Shown here piece after piece: positions 29,527 to 38,597 of a DNA stretch of 64,000 nt. Source of the DNA: Thermotogota bacterium. Its GTDB lineage: Bacteria; Thermotogota; Thermotogae; Petrotogales; Petrotogaceae. Position numbers and translations under genes: made by a program. How positions within the stretch are numbered: the stretch's first letter is position 1; the number at the start of each line of letters is the position of its first letter. The stretch covers positions 1 to 64,000 of the forward strand of contig JBNJGY010000004.1 of NCBI GenBank assembly GCA_051748045.1, in the 5' to 3' direction. Under the pieces are notes generated by a model, which was not told the DNA's origin, searched no databases, and worked only from the letters and a program-made list of their open reading frames with translations.

Positions 29527-30742
29527 ATTTATAAATTCTTTGTCTAATATTTTCTAAGTTTTCTAAAATTGAATCTATTCTATCTGGGAACATCATAAAC
29601 TCAACAAATCCGTTCATTGCATTATTAGCCATTTCAGGATTCATATCTCTATCAAAGAACTGCATAACTCCGTCAGATTCTAAGATCATATCCATTCCAT
29701 CTTGAGCATGTGCATCAGGTGGAGTAACTTTTTTGTTAGCTGCTAATCTACCTAATTCGTCTGCGAAATATTGTTGAGAATCTTTTCCAGCAATAAATTC
29801 CATGAATAATTTTGCTTCTTCCATATTTTTAGCGTTCTTAGGTACCATGAAACCATCAATTGGAGTATCTTCATAAAGACCTATATTTTCATCAATAACA
29901 GGGAATCTAAAGAAATCCAAATCATCTTTTACATCTTCTGGAGCAACATCTTTTATAAATTGTCCCATTAGATACATTCCTGCTTCTCCAGTAAATAATC
30001 TGTTTGCTGCTTCTTGCCAACTATAAGCTGAGTGATTTTCTATAAAGTAATCATTATCTACCATTTCTTTCCAATATTCAAATACTTTTTTAACTCTTGG
30101 ATCAGTGAAAGGTACTTTACCTGCTGTAAATTCAGTATGGAATTCAATACCATTAACTCTCATATTTAGGTAATCAAACCATCCTCCAGCTGTCCATAAG
30201 TATTTTGATCCTATTGCCATAGGGATTTTTCCATTGTCTTTTAATGTTTGATTTACAGACATAAATTCATCCCATGTTGTTGGTACTTCAATATCTAAAT
30301 CATTAAATACCGCTTTGTTATAGTAGATTCCCCACCAATACCAACTTTGAGGGATAAAATAAATATTATCTTCATAAGCTGATGCTGTTCTAAAAGCTTC
30401 TGGGAATTCTGCCCCAAAACCATCAGGGAAAATGCTATCTAGTGGTTCTAAAAAACCTTTTTCTGCAAAAAATCTCATTCTTTCACCAGCAAACCAAGTT
30501 ACTACGTCTGGCGCGTTATTAGAACCTAACCAAGTTCTTAATAATGTTTTAAAATCCTCATGAGCAAATGTATTAACTGTTACGTCAATATCTGGATACA
30601 TAGCTTCAAAATCTTCTACTAATTCTGAAAAAACTCTTTTTGGAGCAGGATCAGACATATATGAGTTTATAACCAATGAACTTGCTGAAAAAACAAAAAG
30701 TACTAAAGTCAAAACCGTTAAAGTTAACGTTAACTTCTTCAT
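29525..30742 (-). CDS. Sugar ABC transporter substrate-binding protein
   Basis: Signal peptide, PDV and YYNK motifs of SBP_bac_1 type; upstream of two permeases. Confidence 0.92.
   Translation of the reverse strand: MKKLTLTLTVLTLVLFVFSASSLVINSYMSDPAPKRVFSELVEDFEAMYPDIDVTVNTFAHEDFKTLLRTWLGSNNAPDVVTWFAGERMRFFAEKGFLEPLDSIFPDGFGAEFPEAFRTASAYEDNIYFIPQSWYWWGIYYNKAVFNDLDIEVPTTWDEFMSVNQTLKDNGKIPMAIGSKYLWTAGGWFDYLNMRVNGIEFHTEFTAGKVPFTDPRVKKVFEYWKEMVDNDYFIENHSAYSWQEAANRLFTGEAGMYLMGQFIKDVAPEDVKDDLDFFRFPVIDENIGLYEDTPIDGFMVPKNAKNMEEAKLFMEFIAGKDSQQYFADELGRLAANKKVTPPDAHAQDGMDMILESDGVMQFFDRDMNPEMANNAMNGFVEFMMFPDRIDSILENLENIRQRIYK
30721..30736. promoter_or_regulatory. Putative LacI-family operator (inside the SBP 5' coding region)
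   Basis: Perfect 16-bp palindrome AAGTTAACGTTAACTT. Confidence 0.55.
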
Positions 30743-30847
30743 TATTACACCCCCTAAGTGATTTAAATTGCTTATTAAAATATTACCCCATTAATTTTTT
30801 TTAGACAAATTCAGATAAATCTATTCACGCATAATTATTCTCAATTA

Positions 30848-30864
30848 TTAACGTTAACGTTCAC
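30848..30864. promoter_or_regulatory. Putative LacI-family operator upstream of the ABC genes
   Basis: TTAACGTTAACGTTCAC, sharing the GTKAACGTTMAC core. Confidence 0.7.
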
Positions 30865-30900
30865 TATGAATAATAAATTACAAAAATGAATATATTTTTA

Positions 30901-32262
30901 CTATTTTTTACTGACACTCAACATTTTTTTCTCATCATACATTAGGAAGAAAATTAAACCTATAAAACAAAATACTGCTGCAACTGGTCCTGTAAGCCTA
31001 ATACCAAGAGCATCCCCTATATCTTTACCAAATAACAACAAAGATGAAAAGATAAACATTGAAATCATCTGTCCAACTTTTGACATCAAAGTCCTAACAC
31101 CATAAAAAATAGCTTCATTTTTATTACCAGTAGTAATCGCATCATGTTCAGCTATATCAGAAAGAATAGCATTAGGTAATATTCCAAAAACAGCCATAGG
31201 AAAAGCAGCTAAAACAATTAAAATATAAATTTGATAATTATTAGGTATAAACCATATATTCATACCTAAAGTGAATACTAATAAATACATGATAGTAAAC
31301 AAACTAAATGCAATTATCATCAGTTTTTTCTTTCCTATTTTTTTAGCTGTCAAATTTACAAAAGGATAGAACAAAAATGAAAGAACCCCTAGTAATATAA
31401 ATATTGTAGAATATAAACTTTCTGGTAATTCTAAAAGTACTGTTATATAGTATATTAACCCTGTTTGTAAAATAGTTAACGCTAAAAAATAAGATAGATC
31501 GGATATAGCAAAAACTCTAAACTCTTTTTTAGAAAAAGCAGATTTTAAAGCTTCCATCATGTTTATTTCTGATGGTTTAGCTTCTGAATATTTTTTTTCA
31601 TCAATAAACCATATTGGAAACATCAAAAACAAAGCTGATAATGACGCCAATCCTATAAATGTATATCTAATGGCAAGTATTCTTTCTACCCCCATACCTT
31701 CAATTGTATTCCATATTATAGCAGCTTGTGAAGCTATTGCTGTTCCTAAAAAGAATGTCACTGATATATATGTTGATAAATTTAATCTTTCATTTGCTGT
31801 TTTCCCCAGTTCAGGTATCAAAGCAAAATATGGTGTGACATACATAGTATAAAAAATATAAAACGATAACAGAGTTATTGTCAACCAGACTGTATTGAAT
31901 CCGCTAATATAATCAACAGGAGGCCAAAAAATCAAAACTGTTAACACTGAAAAAGGTATTACAGCAATTTTTAAAAAAGGAATTCTTCTTCCTTTGGGAG
32001 ATTTATGCCTATCAGACAAGGTTGCTATCCAAGGATCTGTTATAGCATCCAAAGCTCTTCCACCTATTGTTATAAGTCCTATTATTGTAAAAATACCCAA
32101 AACATTACCTTGTGGAATATAATTTGGTATATTAGCTGTTTCTGGTGGTGAGTAAAAATACACTAAATAAGAATTAACTAACCCCATTAATATAGCCCAC
32201 CCTAATTGGCCTATAGAAAAGGCTATTTGTTTTGACAACGGTAGTTTTGCTTTATTCATCAA
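30901..32262 (-). CDS. MFS transporter, GPH (glycoside:cation symporter) family
   Basis: DAITDPWIATLSD..GRRIPF motif and about 12 TM segments. Confidence 0.88.
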   Translation of the reverse strand: MMNKAKLPLSKQIAFSIGQLGWAILMGLVNSYLVYFYSPPETANIPNYIPQGNVLGIFTIIGLITIGGRALDAITDPWIATLSDRHKSPKGRRIPFLKIAVIPFSVLTVLIFWPPVDYISGFNTVWLTITLLSFYIFYTMYVTPYFALIPELGKTANERLNLSTYISVTFFLGTAIASQAAIIWNTIEGMGVERILAIRYTFIGLASLSALFLMFPIWFIDEKKYSEAKPSEINMMEALKSAFSKKEFRVFAISDLSYFLALTILQTGLIYYITVLLELPESLYSTIFILLGVLSFLFYPFVNLTAKKIGKKKLMIIAFSLFTIMYLLVFTLGMNIWFIPNNYQIYILIVLAAFPMAVFGILPNAILSDIAEHDAITTGNKNEAIFYGVRTLMSKVGQMISMFIFSSLLLFGKDIGDALGIRLTGPVAAVFCFIGLIFFLMYDEKKMLSVSKK

Positions 32263-33409
32263 AATCCTCCTCTAGTTGTTTTACTCCATCATTTATATCA
32301 CTTATATAAAATTCAGGATTTAATTTTATTATATTATAGTATTCTTTTTGAATATGCTTTTTAAATTCTTGAACTCTTTCTTCTTTTACAAGTGCTATAG
32401 CACACCCTCCAAAACCAGCTCCTGTCATTCTTGAACCCAAGCAAAAATCGACTGATTGTGCTATTTCAACTATTGTATCTAATTCTTTACCAGTTACTTC
32501 GTAATCTTCTTTTAAGGATTTATGAGAAGCATTTAATAATTTCCCAAATTTAATTAGATCGTCTTTTTTTAATACTTTTATAGAATTTTTTACTCTCTGA
32601 TTTTCTGTAATAACATGTCTAGCTCGTTTTTTTATAACTTCATCATCTATATACTTTAAATCGTCAATTTTAGCTTCACATAAATTATCGATTTTCTTAA
32701 ATTCATTAATTTTTTTCAAGGCTTCTTCACATTGACTTTTTCTTTCATTATAAGCAGAACCAGCTAATTCTCTTTTTTTATTCGTATTCATAATAACTAA
32801 TTTATAACCTTTTAAATGAACAGGTATATATTTATAAGTCAATTTGTTTGTATCAAGAAGTATCCCGTTATTCTTTTTACCAAATACTATTGAGAACTGA
32901 TCCATTATTCCTGATTTAACCCCTATAAAATCATTTTCAACTTTTTTACCTAATAGAGCCAAATCTTTTTTTTCACTATCATTTGATAGTAAATCTGAAG
33001 ATAAAATATAAGCTATCAACATTTCCAATGAGGCAGAAGATGAAAGACCTGCTCCATCAGGTAAATTTGATTCTAAATAAATATTTAATGATTTTTTTGG
33101 ATTTTTTAAATATTTATATATGCCTCTAGGATAATTTCCCCAGCCAAACTTATCATCATATTCTATACTTTCTTCAGGATTAATTATTATTTCTTGTTCA
33201 AATGATGAAGATTTTAAAACTATTAAATTATCATCTCTTTTTCCAACTACCGCTTTTATTCCAATACTCAATGCTGCAGGAAAAACATACCCTCCATTAT
33301 AATCAATATGTTCTCCAATTAAATTAACTCTTCCAGGAGAAAAATATTTTTCTAAACATTCTTCATCTGTCGCATTAAAATAATTTTTATAAGACTCAAT
33401 AATGCTCAT
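32252..33409 (-). CDS. galK: Galactokinase
   Basis: PGRVNLIGEHIDYNGG, PDGAGLSSSA, GIMDQ and RMTGAGFGG motifs. Confidence 0.97.
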   Translation of the reverse strand: MSIIESYKNYFNATDEECLEKYFSPGRVNLIGEHIDYNGGYVFPAALSIGIKAVVGKRDDNLIVLKSSSFEQEIIINPEESIEYDDKFGWGNYPRGIYKYLKNPKKSLNIYLESNLPDGAGLSSSASLEMLIAYILSSDLLSNDSEKKDLALLGKKVENDFIGVKSGIMDQFSIVFGKKNNGILLDTNKLTYKYIPVHLKGYKLVIMNTNKKRELAGSAYNERKSQCEEALKKINEFKKIDNLCEAKIDDLKYIDDEVIKKRARHVITENQRVKNSIKVLKKDDLIKFGKLLNASHKSLKEDYEVTGKELDTIVEIAQSVDFCLGSRMTGAGFGGCAIALVKEERVQEFKKHIQKEYYNIIKLNPEFYISDINDGVKQLEEDFDE

Positions 33410-34401
33410 TATATCCCTTCTTTTTCCCTATATTTATCAATTGATTCTTTCAAAATAGGTGCTGTATCCTCCACAGCCATAGTATTAGCTGCTGCCCAAG
33501 CGCCCATTTCAGATGACGCATACCATTTGATTTTATTTTCATCTCTTAATGGTGGATAAAATTCTATGTGAAAATGATAATACTTTTCTGAATCTTTGTA
33601 TTTTTGATCATTGACTGGTGTTTGATGTATAACCATCATATATGGAAATTTTTTATCATATAAAGTATCAAATCCACCTGTTAAAATTTTCAAAGCTTTC
33701 GCTAAATCTTTTGTTCTCTGTTCGTTAAAATCAGAAAAATTACATATATGATCTTTTGCGACAATAAAAGCTCCGTAAGGATAATCTGTAAAAAATGGTA
33801 AATACACTAAAAAAGAATCATTTTCATAGAGTATTCTATCTTTAAAATCTATTTCTTTTTTATTCATTTCACAGATCATACATTTTTTATTCTCATGATA
33901 AAATTCTTTTGAACTATCCAATTCTGTTTTTACTTTCAATGGTATCCATGAATATGCGTACAATTGTCCATGAGGATGTGGCATAGTTACACCAACTTCT
34001 TCACCTCTATTTTCAAAAGGAAACACGTATTTTATTTTTTTATCTTCTGATAATTCATCATTACGCTCTATCCACAAATTAACTAATTTTTCTACATGCC
34101 ACAATGGTAATTCAGGTAGTGTTATATAATGATCTGGTGAATACAAAATAACTTCACATTTACCATAATTTTCTTTTATACCATATATCCCATCACTTTT
34201 AAGATCTGGAGAATCCGGGTTTTGTTTTAGAGCAGGAAAATCATTATCGTATTTATAAACATCATAATTATCTGGTACATTTTTTCCTTCACCTGGGCAA
34301 AAAGGACACCAATCTTTAGGAAGATGTGGCCTTTTTTGTCTATTATTAGCAACCATAGTATAAGTTTTTAGTAAAGGATTCCATCTTAATTCAGCCATCA
34401 A
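33409..34401 (-). CDS. galT: Galactose-1-phosphate uridylyltransferase
   Basis: CPFCPG, FENRG..G and HPHGQ motifs. Confidence 0.96.
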   Translation of the reverse strand: MMAELRWNPLLKTYTMVANNRQKRPHLPKDWCPFCPGEGKNVPDNYDVYKYDNDFPALKQNPDSPDLKSDGIYGIKENYGKCEVILYSPDHYITLPELPLWHVEKLVNLWIERNDELSEDKKIKYVFPFENRGEEVGVTMPHPHGQLYAYSWIPLKVKTELDSSKEFYHENKKCMICEMNKKEIDFKDRILYENDSFLVYLPFFTDYPYGAFIVAKDHICNFSDFNEQRTKDLAKALKILTGGFDTLYDKKFPYMMVIHQTPVNDQKYKDSEKYYHFHIEFYPPLRDENKIKWYASSEMGAWAAANTMAVEDTAPILKESIDKYREKEGI

Positions 34402-34414
34402 ATCACCTCTTTAT

Positions 34415-35428
34415 TTATTTTGAAGATTCTCTTTCAATTAGTTCCACGTCTAGAGTAATATTCATAGTTGTTGAATCAATGTTTTCAATTCTTCTCAGCA
34501 ACATATTAAAAGCTTCTTTACCCATTTTCTTTTTATTTACAGATATAGTCGATAATGAAGGTGAAAAAATCTTTGAAAATTCAATATCATCATATCCAAC
34601 TACTTTTATATCTTCTGGAATGTTTATGTGCTTTTCTTTCAATCTTTGTATAACTCCATAAGCTATTAAATCATTGTAGCAAAAAACCCCATCAATTTTT
34701 TCGTTTTTTAAAATATTATCAATAATATTTTTACCTTCTTCAATATATAATCCCTCATGAATTTTATTAATATTTTCTATTTTCTTATAGGATATTTTGT
34801 TGTCTTTTATAGCTTTTAGATAACCTTTTTCTCTATCTCTTGCAGCAGTGTTAAACTCTTCAGCAGAAATCATCAAAATTCTACTACACCCTTTATTAAT
34901 AAGGTGTTCTGTAGCTAAATATCCACCTTTAATCTCATTATTATATATTTCATCTACATTCCAATTATCCACACCTCTCCCAACTAACACCATAGGATAT
35001 TTTTCAGATAACATTTTTTCAATATCTTCATAATTATTCTGCATTGGAAATAGTAATACTCCATCTACTCTTCTTTCAATCATTGTGGATATTGCTTTTT
35101 CTTCAAAATTATATTTACCTTCAGTGTTTATAATCATAGTTTGATAATTAGTCTTCCTCGCTTCTTCTTCTATTCCCTTAAAAACCTCAGAAAAAAATGG
35201 ATTAGAAGAATCTGGTATTATAACCCCTATTATTTCACTTTTTTGGCTTTTCATCATAGAAGCAAATGTATTTTTTACATATCCCATTTCTTTTGCTTTT
35301 TCTAATATTTTTTCTTTTGTTTTTTCGTTGATGTCAGGTTTATCGTTCAAAGCTCGAGAAACAGTATTGATAGATACTCCTACCTCTTTTGATATATCTT
35401 TGATAGTAATGAATTTTTTATTTTTCAA
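34415..35428 (-). CDS. LacI-family transcriptional regulator (probable gal repressor)
   Basis: TIKDISKEVGVSINTVSRALN HTH and VVGYDD. The probable start is TTG 35428 after GAGGTGA. Confidence 0.93.
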   Translation of the reverse strand: MKNKKFITIKDISKEVGVSINTVSRALNDKPDINEKTKEKILEKAKEMGYVKNTFASMMKSQKSEIIGVIIPDSSNPFFSEVFKGIEEEARKTNYQTMIINTEGKYNFEEKAISTMIERRVDGVLLFPMQNNYEDIEKMLSEKYPMVLVGRGVDNWNVDEIYNNEIKGGYLATEHLINKGCSRILMISAEEFNTAARDREKGYLKAIKDNKISYKKIENINKIHEGLYIEEGKNIIDNILKNEKIDGVFCYNDLIAYGVIQRLKEKHINIPEDIKVVGYDDIEFSKIFSPSLSTISVNKKKMGKEAFNMLLRRIENIDSTTMNITLDVELIERESSK

Positions 35429-35443
35429 ATTTATCACCTCTTT

Positions 35444-35461
35444 AACGGTAACGTTCACGTT
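35444..35461. promoter_or_regulatory. Putative LacI operator (autoregulatory)
   Basis: AACGGTAACGTTCACGTT, a near-palindrome immediately upstream of the regulator's SD. Confidence 0.7.
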
Positions 35462-35562
35462 ATTATCATAATACACTAAAAGATATTTTTCTCAAAATGA
35501 GATAATTCTAGAATAAGTGATAATAAATAAGAATAATCATTTTTATTTGAATATAATTACTA

Positions 35563-35596
35563 AAAACAAAAAAAAGCAAGCGTTATAACGCTTGCT
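35563..35596 (-). terminator. Terminator overlapping the DUF1385 stop codon
   Basis: Perfect 22-bp palindrome AGCAAGCGTTATAACGCTTGCT followed by a T-tract on the minus strand. Confidence 0.8.
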
Positions 35597-36482
35597 CTTC
35601 TAAATCTATTTCGACTTCTCCATCAAAATTTTCATCCAAAGCATATTTTAATGATATAAGTCCAATTTTTAATTGTTCAGTATCTGGTTCTCTTGTTGTT
35701 ATCTTTTGCATCATTAATCCCGGAAAAGCTAACACTCTGCCAATTGGATTATTTATTATTTTTGCTGTAAATCTTTGAAATTCATAAGCAAGTCCTGCTA
35801 CTAAAGGTAACAATACAACTCTAGAAATTACTTTTTCCCACATTGAGCTCCAACCTAATCCACCAGCTATTGAAAAAACAACAATTGATGCAAAAACAGT
35901 CAATAGAATAAAGCTTGTTCCACATCTTGGGTGTAAAGTAGTAAAAGGTTGAGCGTTTTTTACTGTTAAATCTTGATTCTTTTCATAAGTATAAACACTT
36001 TTATGTTCAGCACCATGATATTCAAAAACTCTTTTAATATCTTTCATAAGAGAAATGGTATAAATATAACCTACAACTAAAATTGCTCTGATAATTCCTT
36101 CTAAAACAGCAAACCAAAATTCAGACTGGATATTAAAAGGTTTTGCTATTAAAACAGGTAAAATCCCGAATCCTCCTGCAGCTACTGCAACAGCAATTAA
36201 TATTGCCCAGACCATATCTTTGTTTGTAATTTCTTCATCATCTTCTCCTGAAACTTTCGCGGAATAAGATAAAGCGTTCATTCCAATAATCATAGCATGC
36301 AATAAAACAAAAAAACCTCTAATTAAAGGTATTTTTTCAATTATACCCCATGATTTATCTTTTATCTTTTTTATAGCTACTTTTCCTTCTTTTGTCTTCA
36401 CAGCAACAACGGTATGAATACCTTTCATCATTACTCCCTCAATAACTGCTTGACCACCTACAAATTTAGGTTTGTTCATCAT
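35583..36482 (-). CDS. DUF1385 (YqhQ-like) membrane protein
   Basis: GGQAVIEGVMM, YHGAEHK, HPRCGTSF and TTREP motifs. Confidence 0.92.
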   Translation of the reverse strand: MMNKPKFVGGQAVIEGVMMKGIHTVVAVKTKEGKVAIKKIKDKSWGIIEKIPLIRGFFVLLHAMIIGMNALSYSAKVSGEDDEEITNKDMVWAILIAVAVAAGGFGILPVLIAKPFNIQSEFWFAVLEGIIRAILVVGYIYTISLMKDIKRVFEYHGAEHKSVYTYEKNQDLTVKNAQPFTTLHPRCGTSFILLTVFASIVVFSIAGGLGWSSMWEKVISRVVLLPLVAGLAYEFQRFTAKIINNPIGRVLAFPGLMMQKITTREPDTEQLKIGLISLKYALDENFDGEVEIDLEEQAL

Positions 36483-36714
36483 CTACCAACCTCCTGGCTA
36501 TCTCTTCGGCAACTCCATCCTCAGTAACCAGATAATAGAATTTTAAAGCTTCCTTATCCGTGCTATTACTTGAATATAGTAATTTTGATGCCTTTTCTCT
36601 TAATTCATTTCTACCCTTTTTTGTCATATTTAAAACATCACGTATTATTACGATAAGCCGCGTGTCTCGATTACACGCGGCGACTATTTCATTAATTATT
36701 TTTTCATCGATCAT
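36466..36714 (-). CDS. Small hypothetical protein
   Basis: 82-aa ORF overlapping both spoVS and DUF1385, consistent with translational coupling. Confidence 0.7.
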   Translation of the reverse strand: MIDEKIINEIVAACNRDTRLIVIIRDVLNMTKKGRNELREKASKLLYSSNSTDKEALKFYYLVTEDGVAEEIARRLVDDEQT

Positions 36715-36992
36715 TCTTTATTTTCTTCCACCTGTTTTGCTGCTACTTTAAATTTTATTCCAGTTCTTGTTTCTTCACCGACTTCCACTTCAACAAATCC
36801 TGGAATAACATATAACTCTTTTTCTTCAGTTTCAACAAATCTTCTTGCAATAGCGATTGCTTTTACTGCTTGGTTTACAGCCCCGGCTCCAATAGCCTGA
36901 ATTTCAACTTCATCAGTCTTTGATAAAACTCCTGCAATAGCTCCTGCAACTTTATTTGGTGCTGAAGAATGACTGACTTTTAATATTTCCAT
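36711..36992 (-). CDS. spoVS: SpoVS-family protein
   Basis: LKVS..S.P.KVAGAIA..QAIGAGAVNQAVKAIAIAR. Confidence 0.95.
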   Translation of the reverse strand: MEILKVSHSSAPNKVAGAIAGVLSKTDEVEIQAIGAGAVNQAVKAIAIARRFVETEEKELYVIPGFVEVEVGEETRTGIKFKVAAKQVEENKE

Positions 36993-37068
36993 CTCGAGCT
37001 TTCCCCCTTCTTTTGTAAAATCTTATATATATATTTTACCATAGATTTAATACTTTTCAAAATTAATA

Positions 37069-38523
37069 TTATAGTAATGTAATTTTATTTTTGCCTTTTT
37101 TCTTTGAATCATATAAAAAATCATCTGCTTTTTTTATACAATTATATATATTCTCATTTCTTTTATAAACAGCTCCAGCTGAGAAGGTTGATTTTGTGTT
37201 CTCATTAAATTCGTCTTGAATATTTTTTATTATGTCATACATGACATCTTCTTCAACACTCGTCAAAAAGAGTACAAATTCATCTCCTCCATATCTAAAG
37301 ACATTATCAGTTTTTCTAATATACTTAAATACAATTTCAGAGAAAGTCATTAATATTTTGTCTCCATAATCGTGGCCATTTTCATCATTTAATACTTTAA
37401 AATCATCGAGGTCTATCATTACTATACCTAAATTTTTTTCATCAGATAGAGCTATTTTGTCTAAATATTTTTCGAAACTATTTCTATTTCCAAATTTAGT
37501 CAAAACATCTTTATCAGCTTCAAATCTCAATGATTCTATTGATATTTTATTTTCCCAAATAATAGAAGCTTGCTTTGATAAATAATCTAATATTTCTATT
37601 TGTTCTTCTGTTATTGGTTTAAAATTGTATCTGTTGTCACACATTATAAATCCAAATAATTTTTCATCAAAAATAATTGGACTTACTGCTATTTCTCCTG
37701 CTATATTCAATTTTTCAGGAGCTAAATCATCAATCATGCTTCCTGGAATTTTAATAGCTTTATTATCTTCAATAGCTTCTTTCATAAATTCATTATTCAT
37801 TATTTTTTCTTCAGAGAAATTCAATTCTTGAATGTATTTTTCAAACTCAGAAAAAAAATCTGGGTCATAGTTTTCTAAAGTAGTTGAAATATCTACTCGT
37901 AAATCTGTAAATGATTGCCATGCTTTTTTCGCACTTTCTATATCTTTGTCTCCAATAGCTCTTAAAACTTTAAAATTATCTCCAACTTTTTTAAATAATA
38001 TTGCTCTATTAAAAGCTCCACCAAAACCTGCTGTTATTCCAGTTAGAATTGAAAATATCAACTTATCTATTGTTGTATTCATTTTGGTCGACTCTTCAAC
38101 AATCATATTTATGTTATTTAGTATATGAGCTAATTTACTACCTTTTAACAAAATCATTGTAACTATAGAAGCTACTGTATCTGACGATTGTTTAATCATA
38201 TATGATATTGTTTCATTCATCTCTTTTATAAGTATGTGATAAGGAATTTCTATAGAGTTTTGATCTGAATAAAAATATATTCTCTGTTCTTCAACTTGAT
38301 CTATTTCATGAACTCTATTTAAACTAAATGAATTAAAAGCTTGATTTGCCCGAATCATTTGATAAATTGTTTCTGGCACCTTTTCGGCCTCATTGTGAAT
38401 AAAAATATCCATACCAAAAGACCCATAAAAACTTTTATCTAAATTTGTCAGTAAATACATAAGACCAGGATCAATATAAGCTGCAATTATTCTATGTTTA
38501 TATTTTTCATAATTAAAATTCAT
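37069..38523 (-). CDS. GAF-GGDEF diguanylate cyclase
   Basis: DVLT..GNR, IDLDDFK..ND..GH..GD, RKTD I-site and RYGGDEF; GAF-like region upstream. Confidence 0.9.
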   Translation of the reverse strand: MNFNYEKYKHRIIAAYIDPGLMYLLTNLDKSFYGSFGMDIFIHNEAEKVPETIYQMIRANQAFNSFSLNRVHEIDQVEEQRIYFYSDQNSIEIPYHILIKEMNETISYMIKQSSDTVASIVTMILLKGSKLAHILNNINMIVEESTKMNTTIDKLIFSILTGITAGFGGAFNRAILFKKVGDNFKVLRAIGDKDIESAKKAWQSFTDLRVDISTTLENYDPDFFSEFEKYIQELNFSEEKIMNNEFMKEAIEDNKAIKIPGSMIDDLAPEKLNIAGEIAVSPIIFDEKLFGFIMCDNRYNFKPITEEQIEILDYLSKQASIIWENKISIESLRFEADKDVLTKFGNRNSFEKYLDKIALSDEKNLGIVMIDLDDFKVLNDENGHDYGDKILMTFSEIVFKYIRKTDNVFRYGGDEFVLFLTSVEEDVMYDIIKNIQDEFNENTKSTFSAGAVYKRNENIYNCIKKADDFLYDSKKKGKNKITLL

Positions 38524-38537
38524 TTTATCAACCTCTT

Positions 38538-38580
38538 AAAAAAGACTTCGGATACATAATAATTATACCCGAAGTCTTTT
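38538..38580 (-). terminator. Terminator after korA
   Basis: aaagacttcgg...ccgaagtcttt with a T-tract on the minus strand. Confidence 0.8.
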
Positions 38581-38597
38581 AAAAATAAAAATATTGA

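Noticed and set aside
35429..35476. ORF-track N-terminal extension of the LacI regulator (similarly for ROK, amidohydrolase, glgB, HK, ftsI, truA and the SBP at 46484)
   Set aside because: SD positions support downstream starts; the LacI extension would run through its own operator and promoter.
36711..36992. spoVS as evidence of sporulation
   Set aside because: SpoVS occurs in non-sporulating bacteria, and no other sporulation genes are present here.
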